Source: Monocercomonoides exilis PA203
Taxonomy: Eukaryota; Protista; Preaxostyla
Direction of reading: 5' to 3'
NCBI GenBank assembly: GCA_001643675.2
Contig: LSRY02000036.1
Span: forward strand, 930,001 to 994,000
Length of the DNA stretch: 64,000 nucleotides
Under the pieces are notes generated by a model, which ran no database searches, was not told where the DNA came from, and worked only from the letters and a program-made list of their open reading frames with translations. Position numbers and translations under genes: made by a program. How positions within the stretch are numbered: position 1 is the first letter of the stretch; every line of letters starts with the position of its first letter. Of this stretch, positions 62,577-64,000 are shown in pieces.

Positions 62577-64000
62577 ATGTTTGATCTGAAAATGATAAAA
62601 GTGTTTAATGAGGATATTAGGGTTGGTTGCAACAAGTTTCCTGGTTGTCTAACTTGGGGAATAAATGATTTGGTTTTATATGGTGCAGAAAACAATGTGG
62701 CTATTTGTAATATGGCTTTGGTCAAAGTTATTGCACTTCTTTCTGGCCATAATGGACTTGTTACGGGACTTCGATGGATTCCAAATGAATGTTCCGAGAA
62801 CAAAAAGTCATTGGGAAAACCTGAATTTGAATTTATTTCGTGCTCTGCTGATCACACGCTTATTTGGTGGAAGTATGATCCTTCAGCAATTTTTGGATGG
62901 AAAGCAATGCAAGTTTTGAAAGGCCATGATGATTCAGTTCTAGGATGTGATGTAAGTATGTATTATATATATATTTTTAATTTTAATTTATGCATTTGAT
63001 TTTCGTGAATAATTCTTGATGTGTATCTGTAATTTTTTAATTGTTAAAGTTTCTCTTCAGAATGGCTCCCATATGCTTGCATCATATTCTGCTGATCACA
63101 CTGTTAAGATATGGCTTCGAAAAGACCCAATGCACTGTTGGACTTTGGCACAAACTTTATCTTTTGCACCTCGTGTCATTTGTTCAGTTTCTCTTTTTGC
63201 CTATTCAATCAGTGAACTTGGAGTTCTTCTTGCTTTGGGATCTGTTGATTCTAGAATTCATCTTTTTCATTCGTCCTCGCCAACAGAAGATAACGTAATT
63301 GAGTTTAAGTTTCAATCATTTTTAACAGGACATAAGGATTGGGTAAGATCCGTGAGATTTGCACGAGCTGAAGGTGACCTTGACACTGAAAAAGAAGAAG
63401 ATGAATCTCAAAAGGAAGAAAAAGGTACTATTTAATTTACGTTTTAAATATAATTTATTCATTTATTGTTCATATACAAATGATTGTTGCACAAAACAAT
63501 TTTTTATAATGTATTTTTACACTTCCTTAAATAGATGCTTCACCAAAGACAGATTCGTTGTTATCTTTCAGCGTTTGCTTGGCTTCATGCTCACTTGATT
63601 CAACAGCGCGTGTGTGGAAGATCGGTGTTCCATCGTCTTTGATACCAACAGCACTTGCAAAGCTGTCAGCTTCTCAATCAGCTTCATCTGAGAAACCTCC
63701 TTCAGATTTTCGTCTGCCAACAGGAATTCGTTTTGTTGGTGTGCAACAGGCAACACTCGCTGGACACACAAAGTGGGTGTCTTCTGTTGAATGGGCACAT
63801 CTGTCATCATCATCATCATCTTCTTCTTCTTCTTCTTCTGTTGTTCGTCAGCCGCCTCTTCTGCTCACATCTTCGATGGACTCGATGGTAATGCTCTGGT
63901 CTGCGGATGAGAAAAGCCGCTTGTGGATCAACCAGCGCAACTTTGGATACATTCACGAAAATCTACTGGGATTTGAAGGTTTGCATTAAAAAGATCATTT
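62577..64000 (+). CDS. ELP2: Elongator complex protein 2 (WD40), 5' part, runs off window
   Basis: IRVGCNKFPGCLTWG, LSGHNGLVTGLRW, LTGHKDWVRSVRF, LASCSLDSTARVWKI, LAGHTKWVSSVEW and LLTSSMDSMVMLW...LW...G...LLGF follow the ELP2 motif order. Confidence 0.87.

Noticed and set aside
1-64000. CRISPR arrays, rRNA, tRNA or telomeric repeats
   Set aside because: No repeat-spacer periodicity or recognisable structural-RNA signature was seen by eye. Small ncRNAs cannot be excluded without Infernal or tRNAscan.

Overview
Intron-rich eukaryotic DNA from an AT-rich protist. Donors are mostly GTTTG/GTATG/GTGTG, the genetic code is standard, flagellar genes are present, and proteins are bloated with Ser/Glu/Lys low-complexity tracts. 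The overall style is most like the oxymonad Monocercomonoides, but that is inference. About 16 spliced protein genes were reconstructed by hand. Recognisable ones: GINS Psf1, an SH3-PH protein, an MBOAT acyltransferase, a UBE2W-like E2, CFAP96, MYCBPAP, an UNC-93-like MFS, a prokaryote-type family-4 uracil-DNA glycosylase, ELP2 (partial), a ~4,876-aa low-complexity protein with a likely N-terminal C2 domain, and a ~2,181-aa TmcB/C-like multi-pass protein ending in a hemerythrin domain. The window opens in a decayed Merlin/ISXO2-type transposase. Related repeats and a ~240-bp hairpin (MITE-like) element occur at about 0.6-1.7 kb and 43.5-44.5 kb. Top leads: (1) a membrane-anchored hemerythrin receptor, a candidate O2/NO/iron sensor; (2) an intron-containing, bacterial-type family-4 UDG lacking all four 4Fe-4S cysteines; (3) a hairpin element caught as an insertion by comparison with an empty paralogous site. 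Family calls rest on recalled motifs, not database searches.
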